DNA from: Escherichia phage vB_EcoM_Lh1B
DNA: 64,000 nucleotides
Sequence record: OK428535.1
Direction: 5' to 3' (one strand)
Shown here: positions 1-8,289 of the stretch, in pieces
How positions within the stretch are numbered: the first letter of the stretch is position 1
Layout of the letters: each line of letters begins with the position of its first letter
Program-made: the position numbers and the translations under genes
Notes under the pieces: generated by a model
The model's input: the letters and a program-made list of their open reading frames with translations, nothing else
What the model was told of the DNA's origin: nothing
Database searches by the model: none

Positions 1-92
1 TAGCATCGATTACACCGAACGAGGGTGACTTCTTTGTTGCGCCGATAGGCGACCATCGCCACGGTCTGTTTAACATCACTGCCGTTACCCGA

Positions 93-977
93 ATGTCGAA
101 CAACAAAATTGCAACGTACCAGATACGTTACACGATGTTGTACGAGATTACACCGCAGATTGCAGAGACGATTCGTCTGTGCACTGTGAGAACGCTCCAT
201 TACGTCCGTGAGCGCGCGTGGACCGGTGGTGATACCTTACTGACCCCCAACGAGTATCGTACGTTCCTGGAGCTGGGAGACCGCATTAAGGACATTGAGA
301 CGACGTTTGTTCGCCGTTTCTACGATACCAGTTTAGAAACCCTCGCCTATCCACGTGACTGGAAACTCGACGGGTTAAAGGCGGGGGGTTATTACGACGT
401 TTTCTTGGCGATGTTTGTGAAGGCTATTGGTCTTCGAACCGTTGGTAAAGATATCCGTATTTACCCACACCCGCCGAAACCTGTGCAGGATATCGAAACA
501 CTGTTCACGGTGTTGTTAAATCAACAGCCAGAACTACTACCGTACGTCGAGAAAGAATGCAGCGCAGTTAACCCGCGCACATTCAGAACGATGCAGACCC
601 GCAACACCATTGCATGGTCACAGTTCAGTTCGACGCGTTACTTTACATCACAGATTCGTCAGTTGGCAACGTACGACGGGGAGTGGCCAGAGTTCGAAGC
701 ATTCGAACCGGTTATGTTCCCTGAGTATCAGGGCAACGCAGGCGAGGATATGGTGGCTTTTCTGCCGTTGACGTATAAACCCTACCTGTTAAGCGAAACG
801 TTCTATAGCGGCTCGTACAGCTCGGTTCTGGAGCATTGTTTGTACCTGTATCTGAACAAACAACCAGTACCTAGTGAAGTGGCTGCGCGTTTAGCAGAAT
901 TGGTACTGGCTTTACCGAAGGACAGTCAGTTCTATTACGTCCCGATGGTCTACGTGATTTTGAAATACGCGAGGTAG
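93..977 (+). CDS. hypothetical protein (294 aa)
   Basis: Long ORF; next gene starts 3 nt after its stop; no recognisable motif. Confidence 0.6.
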   Translation: MSNNKIATYQIRYTMLYEITPQIAETIRLCTVRTLHYVRERAWTGGDTLLTPNEYRTFLELGDRIKDIETTFVRRFYDTSLETLAYPRDWKLDGLKAGGYYDVFLAMFVKAIGLRTVGKDIRIYPHPPKPVQDIETLFTVLLNQQPELLPYVEKECSAVNPRTFRTMQTRNTIAWSQFSSTRYFTSQIRQLATYDGEWPEFEAFEPVMFPEYQGNAGEDMVAFLPLTYKPYLLSETFYSGSYSSVLEHCLYLYLNKQPVPSEVAARLAELVLALPKDSQFYYVPMVYVILKYAR

Positions 978-979
978 TA

Positions 980-1519
980 ATGTCGGAGAAGAAGCGCAGT
1001 GCAGCATTTATGCTGTTTAAAGCGTGGGTGTTCTTCCGGGTACCGGAATACGCAACCATCACAACCTACGCCAGTCAGGAACACGGATTGTTCTTGCCAG
1101 AAGACCCGAAGAAACGACAAGCGTTGTTACTGAACATGAAGCCTATCTATCTACACCCCTCAGAAGCTGCTGAGTATTTAGCGACAGGTGGTGCGTTGGA
1201 TGTACACGACCCGCATGACGGGATTAAAGTGTACGGGTGGATTATGGAACACCTTGCGGACTGGCTGAACTATCTGGAGAACCCGACGCTGATTTACCGG
1301 GAAGTCCCTATCGAAGGGTTGCGNCAGTTCAATGTGCNGGCTTCGAAACTNTTTCCTGTGGCTAACCGCTNNGGGTNTTTCAAAAAACCCCCCCCAAANA
1401 GGGCGGNCTGTGTTNANTNNTTNTTTGGGCAGGTCCNCCNGGAGTCTAAACTCCACCGTTTTAATGATACGATTATGAAACGTATTGAGTACGCTTATAG
1501 AGCCCGAGGAGGTCGCTAA
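980..1519 (+). CDS. hypothetical protein (~179 aa; frame uncertain)
   Basis: ORF follows upstream stop; N-rich stretch 1321-1440 makes the 3' half unreliable. Confidence 0.45.
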   Translation: MSEKKRSAAFMLFKAWVFFRVPEYATITTYASQEHGLFLPEDPKKRQALLLNMKPIYLHPSEAAEYLATGGALDVHDPHDGIKVYGWIMEHLADWLNYLENPTLIYREVPIEGLXQFNVXASKXFPVANRXGXFKKPPPXRAXCVXXXFGQVXXESKLHRFNDTIMKRIEYAYRARGGR

Positions 1520-2832
1520 TGTCGTTTGGTCGGTTACAACAGATGGCGAACGGTCACATCGCTAATGCTCGGGGGTTACCGGCTATCGACTACGGGATAT
1601 TCCTCACGGTACACGGTGCCCCAGTGACGGTGTTGAAGATGCTGTCTATCATTCACACCGGTCACTTTACGCGTGATATCTGTTTGTTGACACATCTCAC
1701 CCTGGCTATACCCTACAGCCACATGCGAATGATCACATCGTCCGCAGAAGGGGATTTGAAGGTAAAGCTGTTACTGCGTCGTGGACAGAAAATCGCGGGG
1801 GTCTTTAACTACCGCGGCATCGTGATAAATAACCGCGACCACAACGCGGAATCACCGACGATGTTCTTGAGTCAGTCTGATGAGAAATCTATCGCATTGG
1901 TAACATTGGAGCTGATGGATGAGTCGATGTGGTTCCTGCGTAATCGTCAAGTGGGCGGCATCTACCACGAAACAGATGGGTTAACAGTGGCTCGCTCGAT
2001 ATTGGCGGATACGTTGCCGGAAGGGGTGGCTGCAGAGGGGCAGTTGAAAGGGATTGAATATGATGAAGAAGAACAGCAGGCATATCGGGACATTGTCATA
2101 CCCGACTCCGAAGACTTCTTAAGCGTGTTTGATTATCTGCAGAACCATTACGGTGTTTACAGCAAAGGTATTGGAGTCTTCCAATACCTACAACGCTGGT
2201 ATCTGTATCGACCTTGGGACTCGTTGAAGTTTAATAACACAACTAAGCCTAAACTGGTCATCTATAATCTGCCTCGTGAACAGGCTGCTCACATTGACCG
2301 CACCACTGATATCGCGGGTAATGTTATCTATCTGATTTGTGGCGGCGACACCAGTAGTTTGGAATACCGTGACCAGGCCGCGCTTAACCAGGGTACGGGT
2401 TACCGGGTAGGGTCTGTACGTGTGTTGGATGGGCGTAGTAGTTCATTTACGCCTGGCGACATCAGTATGACCACACCTGATAAATTTGTGGCACAGGCCG
2501 ACCCTGCTGCGTATCCAGGTGGTGTGGTTAACGCACCAATCGATCCTGATAAGCACTTTAGCGATACCGATAAACCACAGCGGTCTAAACTGGAGATGAG
2601 TCTGGGTACGATTGTGCAAACAACCTGGAACCGTTCAACGCACGGCATCCTATATCCCGGTATGCCGGTAAAATACGTTTTTGCCAACGAGTATGGGGTC
2701 TATACCCGCTACGGCACGTTGGTGGGTGAAGTGTTCCAGTCTGCTGTCGACGGTCAAACGATGGCATCAGGACGCTATAACACCCAATCACAACTGAGTC
2801 TTTGGCTCAAAGATGAAAAATTTACAGCTTAG
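1519..2832 (+). CDS. hypothetical protein (437 aa)
   Basis: Long ORF; ATG overlaps upstream stop (TAATG), operon-like coupling. Confidence 0.6.
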   Translation: MSFGRLQQMANGHIANARGLPAIDYGIFLTVHGAPVTVLKMLSIIHTGHFTRDICLLTHLTLAIPYSHMRMITSSAEGDLKVKLLLRRGQKIAGVFNYRGIVINNRDHNAESPTMFLSQSDEKSIALVTLELMDESMWFLRNRQVGGIYHETDGLTVARSILADTLPEGVAAEGQLKGIEYDEEEQQAYRDIVIPDSEDFLSVFDYLQNHYGVYSKGIGVFQYLQRWYLYRPWDSLKFNNTTKPKLVIYNLPREQAAHIDRTTDIAGNVIYLICGGDTSSLEYRDQAALNQGTGYRVGSVRVLDGRSSSFTPGDISMTTPDKFVAQADPAAYPGGVVNAPIDPDKHFSDTDKPQRSKLEMSLGTIVQTTWNRSTHGILYPGMPVKYVFANEYGVYTRYGTLVGEVFQSAVDGQTMASGRYNTQSQLSLWLKDEKFTA

Positions 2833-2875
2833 TCATCTAGTATGACCCGTAAGTAACCTTAAGGAAAATATTGCA

Positions 2876-3673
2876 ATGAAAGCGATTCACACCTTTCGCA
2901 TGACCGGCCAAACTGTTCTCGACATTGATGCGTACGAAGCCGCTAACTTCACCAAACCGACCAAGCTCTGGGATCGCCTGGTTAAGGTACTGCCGCAAAG
3001 CGGTGAGGTGCAGTTGGATTTTGTCATGGCATCGACGTTGGATAAGACAGTGGCAGTTATTTATACTGCTGACGGTGTGCAGAGTAAGAAGGACCTGGCA
3101 ATCGAAGATAAAGGCGGGCTGGGTTATCACTTGTTCCTGCACTGCGTAACCACTGCACCGATTTCAGCTGCGCTGGCGGGACAGTACGGTTTCGCGAATG
3201 CGTATTTCCTGGCACAGAAACTCGCCGTGAATGTTATTCCGGGTGACGTGACCACTTACCCTGAATACGTACAGCGTATCCTGCCAGAGCACTTCGCTGC
3301 AGACGACTACGATTTCAACGTGTTCCGTTTCGCATTGATCGGCGAATCGCGCGATCCAGAATACACCGTTGGCTTGCGTGCCTGTCTGCGTCACTCCGTT
3401 ATCTCTTCGGATGAAGGGATGTCGAATAACGTGAACGAAGTGTTCCCGATGATGCAAGTCGGTCCGTATATCACTTTCAACTCGTACATTCCGTTCCCGG
3501 CACAGATTCTGCCGCCGCAGAACGATAACAGTGNACNGCCAATCGCCGACAAGTATTCACTGCGTGCGAGCGAAGCAGTCGAAGTGATTAACGATCGTCG
3601 CTTTACATTGTCAGTGACCAGCGGCATCAGTGAACCGGAAGTTGCGGTCTCTCAGAGCCTGGATTTGATGTAA
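2876..3673 (+). CDS. hypothetical protein (265 aa), codon-biased, probably well expressed
   Basis: RBS AAGGAAAA upstream of ATG; optimal-codon bias leaves antisense shadow ORFs; terminator immediately downstream. Confidence 0.65.
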   Translation: MKAIHTFRMTGQTVLDIDAYEAANFTKPTKLWDRLVKVLPQSGEVQLDFVMASTLDKTVAVIYTADGVQSKKDLAIEDKGGLGYHLFLHCVTTAPISAALAGQYGFANAYFLAQKLAVNVIPGDVTTYPEYVQRILPEHFAADDYDFNVFRFALIGESRDPEYTVGLRACLRHSVISSDEGMSNNVNEVFPMMQVGPYITFNSYIPFPAQILPPQNDNSXXPIADKYSLRASEAVEVINDRRFTLSVTSGISEPEVAVSQSLDLM

Positions 3674-3681
3674 AAGTGTGC

Positions 3682-3715
3682 CTGGTCTCCTTGTGAGACC
3701 AGGTCTCTTTATTTT
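3682..3715 (+). terminator. rho-independent terminator
   Basis: Hairpin CTGGTCTC-loop-GAGACCAG followed by T-rich run. Confidence 0.6.
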
Positions 3716-3839
3716 AGCCCTCTAAACGCACTCACAACCTTCTAAAGCCTCTCTAACGGTAGAACGACCCTCTAAAGTGATAAAAGCTCTCAAAACGCGT
3801 TTGAGAGCGTTATAGAGGGTGTACTCTGAATAAAAATAA

Positions 3840-3870
3840 TTTCAGATATATATTACCTAGGTGATAGAAG
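3840..3870 (+). promoter_or_regulatory. early-promoter-like element, copy A (TTTCAGATATATATTACCTAGGTGA)
   Basis: Near-identical copies at 32872 and 52662; contains TATATTAC; lies about 45 nt upstream of an ATG. Confidence 0.5.
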
Positions 3871-3915
3871 ACAATCTATCAACTCAATCGACTATTAATC
3901 TAAAGGAGTATTACC

Positions 3916-4059
3916 ATGTTAACTCGTAACCATAAACGTGCCATCTTCGCCATCGTTGCTGTTGTTGCTTTCGCGGTACTGTCTATCACTGTAACTCAAG
4001 ATTACAACAAGTGCATCGATAACGGTAACTCTGTTGCCATGTGTACAGGTCGCGGCTAA
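3916..4059 (+). CDS. small membrane protein (47 aa)
   Basis: Preceded by conserved leader and RBS AAGGAG; hydrophobic helix (AIFAIVAVVAFAVL). Confidence 0.45.
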   Translation: MLTRNHKRAIFAIVAVVAFAVLSITVTQDYNKCIDNGNSVAMCTGRG

Positions 4060-4241
4060 TGGACTTTTCTGATACGCAGTTTGCCGAGTTCTTATCTCAC
4101 CCGCGTGTTAAACGTGAGTGGGATAATCTCACTAACGGTGTTCGTCATCAGGACGAAGAAGAAATTGTTCACGTTACCGCGCAAGTCTTACTCGTCTCAC
4201 CGACAGGTAATGTGTTTCCAATGCAGCAGGAGATTTACTAA
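4059..4241 (+). CDS. hypothetical protein (60 aa)
   Basis: ATG overlaps upstream stop (TAATG); in frame with ORF-track entry 4041-4241. Confidence 0.4.
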   Translation: MDFSDTQFAEFLSHPRVKREWDNLTNGVRHQDEEEIVHVTAQVLLVSPTGNVFPMQQEIY

Positions 4242-4429
4242 TGGGTGTTTTAGTTAATTACGATGGTAAAAACGGAATNGTGCTTCGCGGCGTGGNAGAN
4301 AACTTATATGTAGNGGTGAATCCANAAACCNCAGAACGAACNTTTATNGTGGGGCCNAAAAGCGCTTTACCNAAGCCGGANTGGAAAGAAGAGNTGGNGA
4401 AGTTCCGTGGGGAANTNGGGAACAATTAG
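4241..4429 (+). CDS. hypothetical protein (62 aa; N-rich)
   Basis: ATG overlaps upstream stop; many ambiguous bases. Confidence 0.3.
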   Translation: MGVLVNYDGKNGXVLRGVXXNLYVXVNPXTXERXFXVGXKSALXKPXWKEEXXKFRGEXGNN

Positions 4430-4442
4430 TATAGATAATTTA

Positions 4443-4470
4443 ATACCACCTACGGGTGGTATTATTTTTT
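4443..4470 (+). terminator. rho-independent terminator
   Basis: ATACCACC-TACG-GGTGGTAT hairpin followed by TTTTTT. Confidence 0.6.
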
Positions 4471-4481
4471 GCCTAAGGAAC

Positions 4482-4904
4482 ATGAAAATGATTAATGAGA
4501 AGCTCCAAAAGTATTTAAAGAATGACACTGACTGGATGGTTCTTGACCAGTACGGACGATTTGTTCCGCTATCCAAGGATTCCCCTATACCCCGTGACAA
4601 GGCGATTTATATTCCTGACGGTAAGGGTGGCTATCGTTTCTGGGAAGGCCAGGAAGTAAAAGAGGAAATGTTCTACATGGAGCCGAAGTTCCGTGCAGCG
4701 TTCCCATCGAAAAATATTAACGGCTATGTTTACAACGCAATCCCGCCAATTACGCATCCTAACTTTGAGGTTGTGAACTACCCCGCAACTGTTCTGGATT
4801 GGCAACGTGCCATTAGTGAACACTACACGATTCCGCTTGAAGGTGTTTACTTCCCATTCCGTGATATTAGTTTGGACGACTTTATTAACTCTCTTAAGGA
4901 CTAA
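4482..4904 (+). CDS. hypothetical protein (140 aa)
   Basis: RBS AAGGAA upstream of in-frame ATG; 3' part of ORF-track entry 4407-4904. Confidence 0.55.
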   Translation: MKMINEKLQKYLKNDTDWMVLDQYGRFVPLSKDSPIPRDKAIYIPDGKGGYRFWEGQEVKEEMFYMEPKFRAAFPSKNINGYVYNAIPPITHPNFEVVNYPATVLDWQRAISEHYTIPLEGVYFPFRDISLDDFINSLKD

Positions 4905-4908
4905 AAAA

Positions 4909-5769
4909 ATGTACAGTATTACAGATTTCATCAAAAATGCGGATTTCCTCCTACCTTCCGACCACGAAGTATTGGCTAGCGATCCGTTAACCGATGCGGC
5001 CATTGTCCAGCTGGACCGCGACAAACGTCGTACTTATGTCGTGTTGGTCGAAGGGCAGAGCTACGGCCTGTCTTCTTACGACCTGGAGCAGCAAGAGCGT
5101 TTCCTCGATGAAAACCGCAAAACGTCAATGTATAGCGCTATCTCGCGCGCGTTGTGCAAGGTAATGGCGACGATCACAGACAGCAAAAAACGCATTGCCG
5201 TGCTACAGGGTATCAATGCGNTAACGACCAAAATCCAACAACTTGAAGGTTTCCATTGCCCACGATTGGAAGCCGCACAGAAGGATGCTAAGGGCGATGA
5301 GGCCATGGCACTGTTTGAAGGCAATACTGTCTTTGCAACAGCTGAAGCTTGTTATCTCACCTATCCAACTTTTAACTATACGCCAATCAGCGACACCGTA
5401 GACGGGATTAAAGTAGAGAACGTCGTGCAATGGGGTCGTGCAAATCTCAAGTTTGTGATGTCCCATGAAGAAGAAAATCAAGACGGACTTGGACAGAAGA
5501 TTCAACGTTGGTTCACGGCGCGTTTGGACGCCAACTGGGAAGCGCATGTTAACGCAGAGCTTCGTAAATTTCACGCGGTAGTCGCATTGTTAAAAGAAGA
5601 CACACCTGCCCAGAAACAATCGAAGGCACCCGTGGTTGGCNGGNNGNGNTCCGGNTGNAACCNCAACCANGTCNCTACAGTACCGAGAACTCATCGCTAC
5701 ACTTCGCAGACGATGAACATTGCTTGCCCGGCTTGCGGTAAGATCAACGAAGTTGATTATAAACCGTAG
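4909..5769 (+). CDS. hypothetical protein (286 aa) with C-terminal CPACG motif
   Basis: ATG 5 nt after upstream stop; terminator directly downstream. Confidence 0.6.
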   Translation: MYSITDFIKNADFLLPSDHEVLASDPLTDAAIVQLDRDKRRTYVVLVEGQSYGLSSYDLEQQERFLDENRKTSMYSAISRALCKVMATITDSKKRIAVLQGINAXTTKIQQLEGFHCPRLEAAQKDAKGDEAMALFEGNTVFATAEACYLTYPTFNYTPISDTVDGIKVENVVQWGRANLKFVMSHEEENQDGLGQKIQRWFTARLDANWEAHVNAELRKFHAVVALLKEDTPAQKQSKAPVVGXXXSXXNXNXVXTVPRTHRYTSQTMNIACPACGKINEVDYKP

Positions 5770-5774
5770 TAGTA

Positions 5775-5815
5775 CCCCCTCTTACCTTCGGGTAAGAGGG
5801 TTTTATATTTATTTT
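5775..5815 (+). terminator. rho-independent terminator (UUCG loop)
   Basis: CCCTCTTACC-TTCG-GGTAAGAGGG followed by TTTTAT. Confidence 0.7.
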
Positions 5816-5835
5816 CCGAAAAGAAAATAAAAGGC

Positions 5836-5857
5836 GCTCTCTCCCGAAGGAGAGAGC
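5836..5857. terminator. hairpin terminator, probably serving the minus-strand gene
   Basis: GCTCTCTCC-CGAA-GGAGAGAGC; read on the minus strand it has a UUCG loop and a T-run. Confidence 0.45.
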
Positions 5858-5883
5858 TTATTCACATCCACTTAGAGGTTAAC

Positions 5884-6030
5884 ATGAATACCTTTATACA
5901 ACAACTGCGTCAGCAACAGCTGAAACAAGTCGCTTTTCAACAACGTCTGCAAGAGGTTAGCCGCCAACCGCAGACTTCCACCCGTACCATTAAAGGACTA
6001 GGAGGTGACATCATCTTCAATAAGAAGTAA
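5884..6030 (+). CDS. small Gln-rich ORF (48 aa), doubtful
   Basis: ATG after GAGG; lies between terminators; short. Confidence 0.25.
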   Translation: MNTFIQQLRQQQLKQVAFQQRLQEVSRQPQTSTRTIKGLGGDIIFNKK

Positions 6031-6175
6031 CACTAACCNNNNNATGAAATAACTTTACCCGAGTGCTGGAAGCACTCGGGTAATTCCATGCATATAAATA
6101 GTTCGTCGTATTTTTTTTTGATCTCGGCAAGACGCATAAACTGCCCGTAGGGGAGCCTAAGCTCCCCAGTGCTCG

Positions 6176-7738
6176 TTAGAACAAATCATCACCCATTCCA
6201 CCGGTGAAGAAGTTGATAGACGACGCTGTTACGGTTTCTTCTTTATCACAATCCCAAGGCAGGATGCCAACATCCTGGAAAGGTATCACTGTGTAGTGAT
6301 AAGATTCTTTAGTATCGATAATGGTGCGGTGTTTACCGCGTTGAACTTCTAAGAAGCTATGGCCGTTGACCACACGCTTGTTAAAATACATTTCACCATC
6401 GGCCTCGTTATCAAGGCTCGAACAACTATCGTAAAGACCACGACCAGGTAAGTTCTTACAGAAGCCTACCGGGTCTAACGCTTTTAAGCGTTTACCTTCT
6501 GGGGAAATCTGGTGTGGGGCAATTAAGAACCCACGGTTGCGTACCACTTGGATGTTACGAGCAATACGATAAATTTCTTTGATATCACTCCCGGCAATGC
6601 CGTTGCCGTGTCCTGCTTTGCTGATTGTGCCTAAGTAGTCTGCGCGAATGCCAACAACATGATAACCGCGACGACGTAAGTCGAGAATAAGGTCGTTGAT
6701 GTAGTGCACTTTAAAATCGGAGTTGGTGTGCTTTTGGAAAACGTAGTCCCAACCGTTTGCGCGAATCTTACCACAGAGGTAATCAGACATTGCTGTTGTG
6801 TGTGCTAACTTCTCTTCAGCGGTTGCATCCTGTGCAATGGTCATCTGTGGAACTTGTCCTTCAAAATGACCGTACAGTGCTTGATAGCCGTAAGCTAAGT
6901 TAACGTCGAGTTCGTTTTCTAAACTCAAGTCAAGAATAATTGGTTGCAGTGTGCCCTTCACATCCGCCATTATTTTCTCAGGCGTGTTGAAGATAGGAAT
7001 CGACAAGCTCAGTAAGAGACTGAACAAAGACTTACAGTTAAAAGGCAACGCCGGCATAAGCCACAGTTCTTCGGTAATCCCTTTGTTACAACCGAGCATT
7101 TGGTTAATGGCTTTCCAGCCCGTCTGCAAACCATTACCTGCTGCTTTCTTGTTAATCGAGTCGAACACTTTAACAAACGGAGCCCGATTATCTGTAACCA
7201 GCTCACCGACCAGTGATGGAATCTTATTATGAGAGCGTTCACCGAACGTAGATAGCGCCTCTTTGAGTTCGAGCACTGCGGTGTTCAGATCAACACGTGT
7301 CTCAGTTCCATTCAATGCTCCGAACGCGCGACCCATTTTTGTTTTGAGTTCGACGCTCTGTAAACATTGACGTAATTGGAAATAATATTGAGACAGTTGT
7401 CGATTAAGATGCTCGGTACGTTTGTCTTCTTCCTCGGGCAAATCGTCTTCGAGGAATTTGGTAATCGTATCGTATAGAGGACGTACTTGAGTGGTGGCCA
7501 GCTTCAAGCGCTTCATAACGCTCGCGTGGTCGTATTCCATGCCGCCGTCTATGATAGATGTGATAATGTCCTTGATCTCGATGAGTGCAAAGCGCTCTTC
7601 GCCATCTTCCGCATATTCCGGAAGCTTGATCTGCATCAGAACTTTTCTTATGACATCATGATCCTTGCTAGGGTCCGTCAGCATAGATTCTGTATACAGT
7701 GCGGCTAAGGCGGTTATCAACATCATTTTACTATTCAT
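6176..7738 (-). CDS. hypothetical protein (520 aa), minus strand
   Basis: 1.5-kb ORF unlikely by chance; AAGGA RBS on the minus strand; hydrophobic N-terminus. Confidence 0.6.
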   Translation of the reverse strand: MNSKMMLITALAALYTESMLTDPSKDHDVIRKVLMQIKLPEYAEDGEERFALIEIKDIITSIIDGGMEYDHASVMKRLKLATTQVRPLYDTITKFLEDDLPEEEDKRTEHLNRQLSQYYFQLRQCLQSVELKTKMGRAFGALNGTETRVDLNTAVLELKEALSTFGERSHNKIPSLVGELVTDNRAPFVKVFDSINKKAAGNGLQTGWKAINQMLGCNKGITEELWLMPALPFNCKSLFSLLLSLSIPIFNTPEKIMADVKGTLQPIILDLSLENELDVNLAYGYQALYGHFEGQVPQMTIAQDATAEEKLAHTTAMSDYLCGKIRANGWDYVFQKHTNSDFKVHYINDLILDLRRRGYHVVGIRADYLGTISKAGHGNGIAGSDIKEIYRIARNIQVVRNRGFLIAPHQISPEGKRLKALDPVGFCKNLPGRGLYDSCSSLDNEADGEMYFNKRVVNGHSFLEVQRGKHRTIIDTKESYHYTVIPFQDVGILPWDCDKEETVTASSINFFTGGMGDDLF

Positions 7739-7752
7739 GGAGCATCCTTAAA

Positions 7753-8277
7753 ATGCAAATTCGTTTTAGTCCACCGTGGGAAGTTCAATCTAACATAGAT
7801 AAAGGGGCTGGCGTTAAAAAGTTGGAGGAACTCCAAGCAAGCTTCTTTAACTGGTTATATGACTGCTCGTCGGGCTTTAGTTCCATCATACTGCCAGTGA
7901 GTGACCCTATTTCGATTTATAAATCGATTATGGCACCACCTGCACTTCCGACTCTTTATTATGACCAGGTCTTAAACCTGGTTGAGAAAGGTACGAATGA
8001 AACCCTTGCTGATTTATATGGGGAATCATTCGACGGTCGTTTACGTTGGGTGTTCTCACAANGTGGCGATGTTGTTGTGGCGTCTTTTGCAGAAGCTAAA
8101 TCCGGNCNGGNTTTTTNTTTAAGTGAAGACCACGNTGCGAAAAAGATGTTCTGCGCAGAACTTTTTAAATATATGCGTCCCAAGACTCGTGTCGTGGATG
8201 ATACGTTCAGTACGTCGACGCAGTTTGCTGCGCACGAAGTGCTGACGCAGTTGTACGCATGTCATTTATCTAAATAA
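7753..8277 (+). CDS. hypothetical protein (174 aa)
   Basis: GGAG RBS 9 nt upstream of ATG 7753; contains Ns near 8062-8134. Confidence 0.5.
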   Translation: MQIRFSPPWEVQSNIDKGAGVKKLEELQASFFNWLYDCSSGFSSIILPVSDPISIYKSIMAPPALPTLYYDQVLNLVEKGTNETLADLYGESFDGRLRWVFSQXGDVVVASFAEAKSXXXFXLSEDHXAKKMFCAELFKYMRPKTRVVDDTFSTSTQFAAHEVLTQLYACHLSK

Positions 8278-8289
8278 GGTAAACTTGAA

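Noticed and set aside
6050-6085. Hairpin CCCGAGTGCTGGAAGCACTCGGG as a terminator
   Set aside because: It has a good stem but no clear U-run on either strand; it may be an RNA structure or processing site.
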